A stretch of DNA of 64,000 bases from Cyanidioschyzon merolae. Its lineage: Eukaryota. Shown here piece after piece: positions 1 through 11,400 of this stretch. Numbering within the stretch: the stretch's first letter is position 1; the number at the start of each line of letters is the position of its first letter. A program made the position numbers and the translations under genes. The notes beneath the pieces were generated by a model. It saw nothing but the letters and a program-made list of their open reading frames with translations, was not told the origin of the DNA and made no database searches. The stretch lies in NCBI GenBank assembly GCA_000091205.1, contig AP006493.2. The stretch is one strand, 5' to 3'.

Positions 1-1745
1 AGAAACACGAGCTTTTAACGTTTCAACGGCAGAATATGAACATAAGCAGCGTGAATGTGAGTGTTAGGCAGTACAAGTCTGTGTGCTCGCAGAGACAGCC
101 TCAGCTGAAACAGCGCCTTTGAATAAGCAGGTAAGTTGCATCTCATCAACGCGTCGTATCTGCGAAGTCTCATCCGGCGATGTACACCTGGTTCATCGTA
201 TCCTTCGGCAGCGTTCTTGTTATCGCCAGTGCATAATCCATCTAAACAGATATTTTAGTCAATGGGTTCCCCACCTGGGCACATGCAGTAGTCATTGTAT
301 ATGTCATTCTCATGCGTTTTTTACTTCCATCTGCGACATGTATCGTCTTTCAACTTAGTTTCGCGTCAACCCCCGCTGCAGTATACAGCAGGAGATCGGT
401 ATCGGGATGCAATGTATCTTAGCGGTCCAATATGCGTCGTCTATCGCATATATCCTTTACGGAACAGTACCGGAATGACTGCATTCCTTATTCAGGTCAG
501 TCATACCTCAATATTCTTATGATTGAGGAACACCTATAGAAACAAGTACATGCTTCTCATGTCAAAACCGATATTCTCATAGCTTGCTTGCGGTCTCTGG
601 TATATAAACGACTCGTTGATCACCGTGCGGAAAACAAAAGCGACGATCGTAGCCACTAAAGGCGTCTCTGTTTCTCAACAGTACGTTCGCGTGGTCCTGA
701 AAACACTGGGGTACAGTTGCAAAAAAGGGTTCTAGTTCTTGCACAGCCATCCCTAACCGAAATCGGTACTACTGCAGTATTCTTGGAACGTCACGATCGT
801 TCTGAAGAAGAGAAGATTCGGTTTATTTTTCAGTCGACGAGACCTTCTTCGAACGAGACAGTTGGAGCTTGTATGGGTATTCGCGGAGTAGGAAGCCCGT
901 TCTACGTACAATCGAGCTCGACGAGAACGACGGCATTCTCTGTTCTAGCTGTAGTGAGCTCATTTGGCCGCCTCAGTTTCGCTAGTAGAGAAGGCTCATA
1001 CACCAGCATCAACCCCTTTGTCGCATCATTGAAGACTTTTCCCCGACGCTCGGCGACGTCCTCTCACAGGACACCGTGCATTTGAGAATTCTCGTTGCGT
1101 TCGAGCGTTCACCGATGGTATCGGGGCAGAGCTGCGTATCATGCCCCCGTACATGCCGTGCTTCATTCCTATCAAAGGAGTCTTTTCGATCGTTGCATTT
1201 CATGATAGCTGCACTCTTCGATTCGCTGAAGCGTTCAGCACACAATGCCACACTAGGGCGCATTTCGTGTTTCTTCCGCACGTTCATCTACCTCAGGGAA
1301 CGTCCTCACCTAAGGCCATAACAGAGAACGTTTATTTCCAAATAAAAAAATCCAAGGAACGAGTTAGAGTGTGCACCTCAGAAAGTCGACATGGAGAGAA
1401 GGCCGCCGAACGCTTCGGGGATAGAAAAGCACAGAGAGCTGACACAGTCGCAAATGCCCCAGAGGGCCCGAGTTCGAGGATTCCTTTCATCGGAGCGTTC
1501 CACCAGCTGCAATGAATGCATCAAGTTCGTGAACCGAGACTTGTAGCTGCTTTCAATATCAGACGATATGCGGTGCTGAAGACGAGGCCCGTAGAGCTGA
1601 CGAGATACAAATCTATGGAGCAGCTTCTCATGCTCGAAGCTAACAAGGAGAAGCCCAAACAGATAGCAAACGGCCAGTCCAAAATGACGCGGGGGTGTCT
1701 GTACGTCGGTATTCATTTACTACCCACCATCGTAGGATGATCATT
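1..1745 (+). pseudogene. Degenerate, internally deleted copy of a Fanzor/TnpB-like element (relic E1). It is homologous to 19560-22690 and may continue beyond the 5' window edge.
   Basis: Nucleotide homology (about 70%) to relic E2 across 370-1085 versus 19710-20460. The C-terminal RuvC-III remnant KFVNRDL*..AAFNIRRYAVLKTRP at about 1523-1600 is broken by a stop and a 1-bp frameshift relative to E2's EFLNRDLNAAINIRRCAVMEKRP. The tail HLLPTIV resembles E2's HLLSMVMI. Confidence 0.45.
664..706 (+). other. Conserved 43-nt block GTCTCTGTTTCTCAACAG..GTTCGCGTGGTCCTGAAA.CAC shared by relics E1 and E2. Candidate structured RNA or cis element.
   Basis: About 89% identical to 20005-20047, while the flanking relic sequence is only about 70% identical. 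Confidence 0.35.
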
Positions 1746-1801
1746 CGTTTTATCGATGACGTTCTTCGCCGCCAGAAAACCTCTGCCTCTGTTGCCGTCC
1801 A

Positions 1802-2884
1802 GTGGCGATGACCAGTTCCACTGAAAAGTTACAATCAACAGAGCAACCGGGGCAAGCAAAGCTCCGCGTACAAAAGCGAGAACTGGGTCAGACTGGCTTA
1901 CGAGTTTCTGTTGTAGGCTTCGGAGCATCGCCGCTCGGTGGCGTTTTCCGTGAGGACATCGACGAAACAGACGCCTGCGCTGCCGTGTACCAGGCTCTGC
2001 ACGACTTTGGCATTAACTTTTTCGACACTTCTCCGTACTATGGAAGTACTCGGTCGGAACGTGTCCTCGGAAAAGCGCTCGCACAACTCGGTGAACGAGA
2101 CGACTACGTTCTCGCGACAAAGGTAGGCAGGTACGGCCCGAACAACTTCGACTTTTCCAAGGAACGTGTTCGGCGCAGCGTGGAGGAATCCATGGAACGC
2201 CTTGGTGTTCGGCGCTTGGACCTGGTTCAGTGTCACGATGTAGAGTTCGCACCGTCCAGACGTTTAATCGTGGAGGAAGCGCTCCCGGCCCTGTGCCAGC
2301 TGAAACAAGAGGGGGTTATCGGCGCACTCGGCGTAACGGGTTATCCTTTAGCTATCTATCGCGACATTATCGAGGCCAGTACCGTGGAGCTTGATGTCGT
2401 GCTAAGTTACTGCCATGGATGCCTCTGTGATACGTCGTTACGCGATAGCGGCGTGCTCGCGTACCTCCGAGAGCAGAACATTGGTGTCCTGAATGCATCT
2501 CCGCTTAGTATGGGGTTATTGACGCCGGACGGTCCACCTGCATGGCATCCGGCACCACCTGAACTCAAAGCGTGTTGCCGAACTGCTGCAGCGTGGTTAG
2601 CAAGTCAGCAAGTGAATGCGGGTATATCCACAGACCTGGCAGAGGTTGCGTTGCAGTTCGCGGTCCAGCGATTCGCTCAGGACGACGTGGCGAGCACCCT
2701 CGTGGGCATCGATGGCACGATAACACTGAGGAAGAACATGCAGGCCTTGGCAAAGCCTCTAGACGATATGCTCCTGAAGGGCGTCCAGGAGATCCTCAAA
2801 CCAGTTCGGAACGTTGGGTGGGAGTCTGGACGACCGCGTTCCGAGTGGCTGGAAGCTGCACCAGGGGTCCGAGAGTCTGCCTAG
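1802..2884 (+). CDS. Aldo-keto reductase, L-galactose dehydrogenase / D-arabinose 1-dehydrogenase (ARA2)-like.
   Basis: A 360-aa uninterrupted ORF with an AKR fold and catalytic-tetrad context (DTSPYYG, ATKVG, HDVEF). It shows full-length similarity to plant L-GalDH and fungal ARA2-type AKRs. Confidence 0.8.
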   Translation: MAMTSSTEKLQSTEQPGQAKLRVQKRELGQTGLRVSVVGFGASPLGGVFREDIDETDACAAVYQALHDFGINFFDTSPYYGSTRSERVLGKALAQLGERDDYVLATKVGRYGPNNFDFSKERVRRSVEESMERLGVRRLDLVQCHDVEFAPSRRLIVEEALPALCQLKQEGVIGALGVTGYPLAIYRDIIEASTVELDVVLSYCHGCLCDTSLRDSGVLAYLREQNIGVLNASPLSMGLLTPDGPPAWHPAPPELKACCRTAAAWLASQQVNAGISTDLAEVALQFAVQRFAQDDVASTLVGIDGTITLRKNMQALAKPLDDMLLKGVQEILKPVRNVGWESGRPRSEWLEAAPGVRESA

Positions 2885-3135
2885 CGAGCTCAAAATCCGA
2901 CTCAATGTTTGATGGTGAGGTCGCGTTACGCAGGCCAAGGAGCTCACATGAGAAGGCTCGCTTCGTTCCCATACGAACATTCAAGGGTCTCGTTCGACGC
3001 GAGCGCTTCCAGCAGGCTCCTGGAACCCAAATGCATGTATAACATGCTCGAATAGAGCGAAGGCAATGCGTTTACGGGATCAGAGGGGGTTCAAAAGCGG
3101 CCTCTAAGGTCGGGCTCGCAGTGCGCGTCAGCACA

Positions 3136-5652
3136 CTAGTATTCGTCCCCATCGCTGGTGAGCGACTGCTCCGTAGAACTTTCATCGCTCCCGTTCATTT
3201 CATACTGGGGAGTGGCGGGCATCATGGCGTTTGCATGGTCATGGATACTCATCGAACTACCTCCGTCCAGAGCGGTTGTTGCTGTTGCTGCAGGGTATGG
3301 CGCTTCGAGTCCACCACTCTGGGCATACGGCATCGTGGACGGGTGCCCCGAAGCCGGTACTCCAGCGCCGTTGTAGAGCGTACGCCCCTCGGTACTACCA
3401 GCGGCGAAATACGGAGAGGACGCTGCACCAAGGTGCTCCACGTCCCGTTGCCGTTGCGCGTTTGCTGCAGCTTTCCGGGCGCGCTCCAGTTCGTGATTCA
3501 ACTTGAGCAGCATTCGGTTGATCGACGCGACGCGTGCACCCGCTGCCGTAGGGCTCATCGTTCGCAGCGGATCCAGGTCTCGACCGACAGGGCGCAAGCA
3601 TTCATTACAGAACGCCTGCAACTCACGCAAAGTCTCATTGCTGGCCTGTTGAATATTCATTTCATACTCGCCGGAGCTCGCGCGCGTCAAGAGACCGGGT
3701 CGAGAACCGAATAGCTCGACAAGACGACGCAGCTGCTGGCCATCGAGGCGTCCTATGTCTTCAGCCAACTGCGCCATTTCCTGTTGAGTGACTGGCACTT
3801 TGGCGAGACTCGCAATAGCATCGCGGCTCGGTAAGCCGCCCGCGGAAACCGGAGGAGATGCGGCGACACCGCGTCCGCTTGTCGACGCCGTTGATAGCAA
3901 CGCTTCGGCTTCGCGTTTCTCTTTCTGCAAGGCGGCCAGTCGCTGCTCGAGCTCTCGAACTCGCTCGAATGGATCCATTCGCTTCCTAGATCGACGCACG
4001 GGCGTGCCTTCATGAGGGCCCCGCTCGTTGGCTCCGCTAACGTAGGATCCATATCCTGGGGCCTCGCCAGTGTACGGTCTTTGGGAAGCATTTCGGCCGG
4101 TCGAACGCCGTCTGCGTTCTGTGTTGCGTGCGAGTGCGCTATCAACTCCTCCTCGTCGCGCCTTTGCCGCATGGCTGCCTTGCCGAAAAGCCGCTGCCAA
4201 GCCGCGCTGTCGTTTCCTGGCTGCAGCTTGTGAGACGGCATGGTGACTCGTACTGTGCGTTGACTGTATTTCTCCGGGCGGTGGCAAAAACTGCATTTTG
4301 CGTTCGAATGCTTCGTTCAGCATTTTGGCGATGTTATAATACTCCGAGTCTGGGGGGTTGTAAGTCATAGCATTCGACCAAACGAGACGGACGTCCCGTC
4401 GAAAAGCCTCCGGATCGGTGCCGTACTCGCCGCTCTCTAACTTTTGGCGAACTGTCCCCAAATCCATGGGCTGCTTAATGATCTCGAAATAGTCCGGGAT
4501 GGCATCCGGATTCCAGAGCTTATCAACTGGAAGCAGAAAAGCACGCGCCTCTTTCATTTTCATAATTTCTTTGAGGACCCGAGCACAGAATCGCATTTGA
4601 GGGAACCGTCGCAAAATCGTCGTACCATCGAGCCGCTCGCCTGGTTGTTGCGAAAACCGCTGACTCGGGGTGCGCAATCGTCCCGATGAGGATATTGTCG
4701 GAGAGCCCAGGGTTCCACCAACGACTCCTTGGCCTCCTGTACTGGGACGCGGCCCCTCTGAGGCAGCATCGGTCGAGTGCACTTGAGAATGCGCACCTTC
4801 ATTCTGCTGAACCGCTGTGTCGAATGAGGACGTTTTGCCTTTCGAGCGGTTGGTATCAGAATCAGTAGGCATGTATACTGCGCCGGCTTGGTGCCGAGCC
4901 AGCACAGCTGCCATAATTTGGCGGCTGTGGATATCGATAATCCGCCGTCGCTCCTCTTGGAGCGCTTCCATACGTTGGAGAAGTTCGTCGTGCAGTTTCG
5001 CTCGTTCTTCCCGGTCAGCCGGGACAAAGTCCGCGGATAGCGTGCTCTGCTCCCCTGCGTCCTTCTTAGAGGTCGACACCGGCTTGTTCGGTAACGACGG
5101 TGCTGCAGCGCGCTTGGGACGGGGGCGCAACGAAATCCCGCTGTGCTCCTCGGGTGTGGAGCCGTCCGGAAGCACGGGCGCCACGCTCGGCGTCCTCGTC
5201 TTTGCCGTCCCGATGTTGGGGTCTGCGGCCTGCAACTGGTTGGTTATGTCGCTCTGGTTGCCGTGGTTTTCCGCTGCGTGGCTTTGGCCAGTGGGCTTGC
5301 CATTCACGTCAGTGCGCTCGCTGCCTTGTACTTGCGCAGGGTCTACCAGGCCCTCTTTCAACTCTTTAGAGACAGCTTCTGTTTCGCTCGCTACCGTTTC
5401 GTGAAGCCCTGGCCTCACCGGTGGATTCAGTGCGTTGGGGACGGAAGCTAGCGCAGAAGATTCCGAAAACGATGATGAGGCGTCCTCCGACTCCGTGGAC
5501 GGGGTGCCTTGCGCGCGCACAGCCTGTGCGGTTTGCGGCGCGGCGTTCTGCTGTTCCCCCAACCCAACCATGCTACTCTTCCCCTGTGCCCCGTCTTCCA
5601 TCCTGCGGGAGAGCAAGCGATCTTGACCGCTCTGCGTCCCAGAACTGCGCAC
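3136..5652 (-). CDS. BET-family chromatin reader with a single bromodomain plus a C-terminal ET domain (BDF1-like).
   Basis: Bromodomain signature FLLPVDKLWNPDAIPDYFEIIKQPMDLGTVRQKL...DVRLVWSNAMTYNPPDSEYY. The ET-domain-like segment MAQLAEDIGRLDGQQLRRLVELFGSRPGLL...NETLRELQAFCNECL lies downstream. The rest is low-complexity S/A/P-rich sequence. Confidence 0.8.
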   Translation of the reverse strand: MRSSGTQSGQDRLLSRRMEDGAQGKSSMVGLGEQQNAAPQTAQAVRAQGTPSTESEDASSSFSESSALASVPNALNPPVRPGLHETVASETEAVSKELKEGLVDPAQVQGSERTDVNGKPTGQSHAAENHGNQSDITNQLQAADPNIGTAKTRTPSVAPVLPDGSTPEEHSGISLRPRPKRAAAPSLPNKPVSTSKKDAGEQSTLSADFVPADREERAKLHDELLQRMEALQEERRRIIDIHSRQIMAAVLARHQAGAVYMPTDSDTNRSKGKTSSFDTAVQQNEGAHSQVHSTDAASEGPRPSTGGQGVVGGTLGSPTISSSGRLRTPSQRFSQQPGERLDGTTILRRFPQMRFCARVLKEIMKMKEARAFLLPVDKLWNPDAIPDYFEIIKQPMDLGTVRQKLESGEYGTDPEAFRRDVRLVWSNAMTYNPPDSEYYNIAKMLNEAFERKMQFLPPPGEIQSTHSTSHHAVSQAAARKRQRGLAAAFRQGSHAAKARRGGVDSALARNTERRRRSTGRNASQRPYTGEAPGYGSYVSGANERGPHEGTPVRRSRKRMDPFERVRELEQRLAALQKEKREAEALLSTASTSGRGVAASPPVSAGGLPSRDAIASLAKVPVTQQEMAQLAEDIGRLDGQQLRRLVELFGSRPGLLTRASSGEYEMNIQQASNETLRELQAFCNECLRPVGRDLDPLRTMSPTAAGARVASINRMLLKLNHELERARKAAANAQRQRDVEHLGAASSPYFAAGSTEGRTLYNGAGVPASGHPSTMPYAQSGGLEAPYPAATATTALDGGSSMSIHDHANAMMPATPQYEMNGSDESSTEQSLTSDGDEY

Positions 5653-8411
5653 CGCAGTCCGCTACAAAGCGAAAGTTACTGTAAGCGTTAAAGATGCACA
5701 AGCACGGACGCCGCTGAGGGCATGTGCGCGAACCCTGTCTGCTTTATACATAAAATTCAAGGATCAATGCTTGGACTCGGCGCGCGATCCTGCGATCACC
5801 CGGCGATGAGGGCGGGAAGCACACTATTTGTGACAAGATAGAACACATATGTATATACCAACCCTGTGGAGAGTCTCCGCAAAGCATTCAGGTACGGCCA
5901 CGCTCCCCCAGCGACAGCTAAAGTATATGCTTGTTGCACGTATATACCGTTGTGTAGAATCTTGGAGCACCATGACCGACTGCTTATCGCATAAGAAACC
6001 CTTTCCGGAGTAGGTGCGCGACGCTCGAGCTGTTCTAGATTGCTGAACCGTTCTTTACTAGTGTCCTGCTTGAGGCGCGAAGCCTGTGGCGGCTCTGCTC
6101 TAGCAACTCATGTGAATCGCATGTCTGGATCATTTCAGCGCAATGCCTATACTGAGTGCTATGCAATGCGCTCGATTTTCCTCGTCTTGTTGATCGGTTG
6201 AAATTGTGCCTGGTTGCTGGGCACTCTCCGAGGTCTCACAGAGTGCATACATCTTGAGGTTCTACCAGTCTTTATCGTCCATGAGATTTCGTATTTACTC
6301 CACCGCGTGACGCAAGCACCTTGCACGATCTCCACCAAGTATCGTCGTGAGGTAGCTTGAATGTCTCATACTTGCTCTCAGAGACTAGCCGTAGCTCACA
6401 GTGACGGTCGCGCACGACACAAGTGCCTGCGGTATTATAATGGGCCCTATTCGGACATATAGGGACAACGTTCTATTGACGCTTGAGAGGGGTGGAGCGT
6501 TCGGATTCGGGCTGCGCTTTTGCTTGTCTCTGGCATGTATACTTTAGGAACACATAGAAGCGCAAGACGCAAGGCAGACAGGGAGACATTCACTGTGTTT
6601 CGGGCATGCGATGGATACGTTGTCCGTCGGCTCGTGTCCGAGAGCAACTCGATATGTCTGGATGATATAAAGCGAGTCTCGCTCTCATTTGCGGATATCG
6701 TCCGAACTCGTTACCAAATCAATCTCTTCCGCCGACACCTCGTTATTTGTCCCGATCGACAGCCCATGAATGCCTTCCATCCGTCCCAAATTTTCTGCGC
6801 CCGTCCGGATAGGCCACAACGGATGCAACGCCCATAGAATGCGCTCGACGTTGACCCACACATGGTTGAGGTTTCTGAGGTTCATCTGATAGCTTCTGTC
6901 ACCTGTGCAATAGATTTTTGGGGTCGCAAATGTGGTACGGCGACCTGCCGAGGTATGTTGGGAATCTTGCAGGTAACACGCTGGCCCTATAATCAGACGG
7001 CCTCGCGTCTGCTATCCCGCGCATCAGTTGTGTTGTTGTACTAGGCTTGGATCCAAAAATCTCTGAGGAATATGCTCAGCCGGCTGCCCTGCATCTGGTA
7101 CCCGTGTGAACACTTGCTTACGAGATTTTCCAAGACGAGAAGAGCTAGGGGAGCCTTCCTGGCATCATGTGGTTTACGATCCCCAACGACGTCCTGCGTT
7201 TTGCTCTTTGAAACATTCACCCCGTTGACCTGTTTCATTAATGAAGGTCTTCACTGCGGTTCAGACCGATCTTTCCGCTCCGTGTGTCTTCGCTCCCTGT
7301 TCTTCCTAGTTCGCTTTTCGGGGGAATTTTTCTCTTCTTCGACCGATGGTTTCCGTTTCTTCTCCTTTAGCTCGCGGGGTGGCATGAGTGGGTTCGCTTA
7401 ACACCATACCCATTTTGTTTCCCCGACGGATTCATACGCATTGCGTGGAAAGCACAACGGAAGCTCACATTGTCTGTATACGTACACATCAACTATTCGT
7501 TGCGTCCCCTTTGATTATCTTCTCTGTCGCGAGCACGCTCCGGCACCGGGACGCGCTTTTCCGCTCTCTCCCGCACATGCGCAGAGCATCAGCAGAGTAG
7601 TTCAGGGTTGTCGACGACAGAGTACGATTTCCGGAACACCAGTGTCACGCATGTGAACAACTCGTCTAATGATACTTGAGCGAAAATATCGAGATTCACA
7701 GTGCTGAGGACGCCTTCGACGAGGCTGAACTAGGGAGAACAGACCGGCAAGAAGAACAGCTTTCCGCCAGTCTCATCTGCGTCATACTCGACCATTTTCT
7801 ACACAAAAAAGTCAGTGCCGGCTACAATCAGGACTCAAACGTATGGGAAGGGGCTGCCACGAAGTGCTTCCAGGTAGGCTGAGGTGTCAAGCGATCCTAT
7901 TCGTCCAGCACTTCGTGGGCGAGCACACGATCGCATCACAGCTCTGACTCGTGTCGTTGTCCTTCTCGATAGTCTCTTCTTCACCAACAGCGGGTTGTCT
8001 CTCTACGAATACGCATATGCGTCTCTGCCGTGTTTCCCAAACCAAGTTGCACGGGAGCACAACGTCCCTGCTTGGGCTTTCTGTAACAGCTACGCTACAA
8101 GAATCAATTCGGTGGCACTGCATCCCAGGCTTCAACCCGAAATCTTCAAAGAATTGAAGAGTCTTCTACCTGCGACCATGTGTTTCCAGATAATCCTACA
8201 GTTTTCGTTTCCACCTTCGCTGGCACCAGAGCCCGAGTTCTCCGCATGGCACCCACTGAAGACCCTATGAGCATCGAAACCGTTCTTCGCTTGAGAGTGA
8301 GCGCGCGCGAGTACGCCATACAGCGTCCACAGTCTCGTACTGTCTTTTGCAACTGGCTTCCGCTGCGACCTCTGTTGGCTAGGAACGAGCGTCACGAGTT
8401 TTATGTACTGA

Positions 8412-11400
8412 ATGCCCAATGAAACTCCGTTGAGTATCGTGCAGACTCTCTTCCTAGAACGTTTTCGATGTGTGGTCGAAGGCATCAAGCAGCTCTATGA
8501 TGTACGTGGAGGACGTCAAGCAGCGAGCGCTTCGGCCTCCAACGAAAGCAGCGACGGTACGCCACCAGGCTGCTACGGTTGGTTGCTGTGGTTGTCCGGT
8601 ACAGGTATTCCTAAAGTCTTGCCGGCACTGAAGTGGCACGTGGGGCTTCGCCAGTTTGCTATGCAGACTCTCTGCGACGACCACTTGATGCCTTTGGTGC
8701 TCTCCCTCGAGGCAACACAGCCACGAGACTGCGGTTGTCCTACGCACCCCGATGCGAGCAGCGCAATGGATTGCTGCTCCTGCTGCTATTGCTGGATAGG
8801 TGCTGTGGTTAGCATTCTGGACTGCTTTGCAACTGGTCAGGTGGCGCTCTCAGTGCGCCCTGAAAAGAATGAGAAACGTCGCTCGCCGGATATCCGGGGC
8901 CCTCTCATGTGCCCGCATCGAGAGCCTTCAACGCCATGGCCGCTCTCAGAATGCGCGGCCTCGTATGCAACATTCTGGCAGAGCATGATACGACATGTGG
9001 AACGAGCCCTGGTTCAAGTTGAAAGCGTCACTGACAAGGCAACGCTCGCAGGCGAGGAGCACGAGGCTCTCCCCCAGCGTCTGTTTCACCAGACCCAGGA
9101 TGATTCCGTGACGCTGTATGCGTCCCATGGAACAGCTCCCGTGGGTCGTTCCAAAAGAATGAAGTACGCTGGGGCGTCTCATGAAGATGAGGCGGCAGGC
9201 GATCAGACCATTGCACCGGATTCTTCAGATCTCGCAGTGACGGGACGGACATTCACCACGTCCGGACATGATCAACTCGCATGCTCGATTCAGGAGACAA
9301 CCTATCTTGACTGCCTTCCAGACACTGCTCGTCGCCGCACTAGCCCTGGGACGCATCACCGCGATGCGCTCCAACCTGAGCCCGATCAGCAGCGCCACAA
9401 TATATATCTAACCTGGGAGCCTATCTCTCACGAATACGTGGCCGATGATAGACCAGCAGTGCACTCTGGCGGGTCAGTGAGCGAGCCCAGCTGCCCTCGA
9501 GCTGAGCGCTCATGGCTCTCTGGGCGTGCGACTGGAACGGGAACATGTTCCGCGGATGCTTGGTCAGCCATCAGCGCTGCGTCGAGTCCAGGGCGAGCGT
9601 CCAGTACGACTCGAGAAAGGTTGCACCCGATCATTGGGGCACTCATCTGGCGCCTTGTTACGAGTACAGCGACGCCGATGAAGAGCAACAAGTTCCCGGC
9701 AAGGCGTGAGAATGTTGCTCCAGCATTTAGGGCTTCTCGATTCGGTGCAGAGCAGCATCGTGCATGTAGCGCGCGCTCATCTCATAATCGATCCGCAAAA
9801 AGCATTCACGAGGGCGTCTCTTCTCTGCAGGCGATAACGGATCCATCCAAACGACTGGGAAGCGATCCGCTCAAAAGTCGCTCGAGGAAAACAGCACAGT
9901 CGCTGGATCCGACGCTGGTTTCGGATCCATCGATTCAGCAAATGTCGACGCAGAAACTGAGCATCGTTTCCGTAGAGCGATCTATGTATGCGCGTGTTGC
10001 GGCATTGGTTGCGCTTTTAGAGTGTCTGCAGGATAGGGATCACGTGTTGGTCTCAGGTGCAATGCATCCCAAAGTATACCCGCTCATCAACAGCTTCCTG
10101 TGCGAACTCGTAACAAGCTGGGAACGTTCGGGTAACCGGGTGGGATTGACGGCGCTCGTGCCGTACCAGGCAGCGCTGCAACAGAAACCAAGCTGCGATC
10201 CGGCTGGTCCGTTTTCCAGAAAGCTGTTTTTGTCCATTATCGCTGCAATCTTGCGGGGCACTGTACAAGATCTGCGGCAAACCGTACATCAGTTCCTGGA
10301 TTCTTCTGGTGATACGCAAGCCCTCCGTCTGGAACGGGGTAAGCAAGTCATCCAGGATGTCCGATTTCTGCAACAGTCTCTGGAGCATATTCGCTGCAGA
10401 ATGGTTGACCTGGAAGCGACTCCAAAGGCACCAAACGAGACGCTTATGGAACCGCGCTTGTCAGAGAGCACGCCGACTATCGCATCGCTTCTGGAGGCCG
10501 ACATCCACTGCTTGATGACGCTCTGGGAGCAACTTGAGACGCGTCACCAGCAAGTGCTTTGTGCTGACAGCCACTCAGCTCTGGATATCGGTACACGCCT
10601 GACCTCGTTCGGGGAAACAGGTACTCGCAACCAGCACAGTCGTAGCCATGAGGACGATGGCGACTGTGTGGGCATCAGCATCAGCAGCAGCAGCAGCGGT
10701 GAACGTCGGATAGGCTGCGCTCCTTGCGGGAAGCCGGCGCGCTCGCTTCCCGGATCTGTTGCTCAACGTGTCGCCCAGTTGCTGTTTGAGGTTGCACAAC
10801 GTCGGGGCCTAGATGCCTCCATGACGGCGCTGCATCGGTTTGCCTCCAGATCAGGGGCGCCTTGGCTGGAAACGCTCGAGGTTTTACTCCGGGGACCGCA
10901 ACGCATTGCATCAAGCCCAGAGTCATGGACATTGTGGTATAAGATGTGCTTCGAGCTGCCACGCGTCTTCAATTCTGTCGAGCGACTTGCTGGCAAATTG
11001 CTCTTGGACAAGTTCCTCAAGCGTTGCTCAGCTGAACTTGTGATCGACGAGCAGCAGGAGCCGGCTCTCGTGTTGAATTCACTGCGGAGGTATCTCGAGG
11101 CTTTTCGTCGAGCGGAATCGAGCTCATCGGTATCTGGGCAGCGAGACCTGCCCAGTCAAATGGACGGTATGTTGCCGGATCTCGAGCGCTTAACAGCGGT
11201 CGTAGTGCGCGGAAGCTTCGCTGCGGCGCAAGGATGCGCGAGCAAACCACCGGAGATGACTTGGTCCGTGGCAGAGACGCTCTTTGTGAATGTGCTCACG
11301 CCGACGCTGCAGCCTCTACCATGCTGGACCCCGCTAGAGCCCGTGGCAGGCTCAGCGGTGCTGTCCTCGACGCAGCAAACCTCTTGCGAGGCATTTCAGC

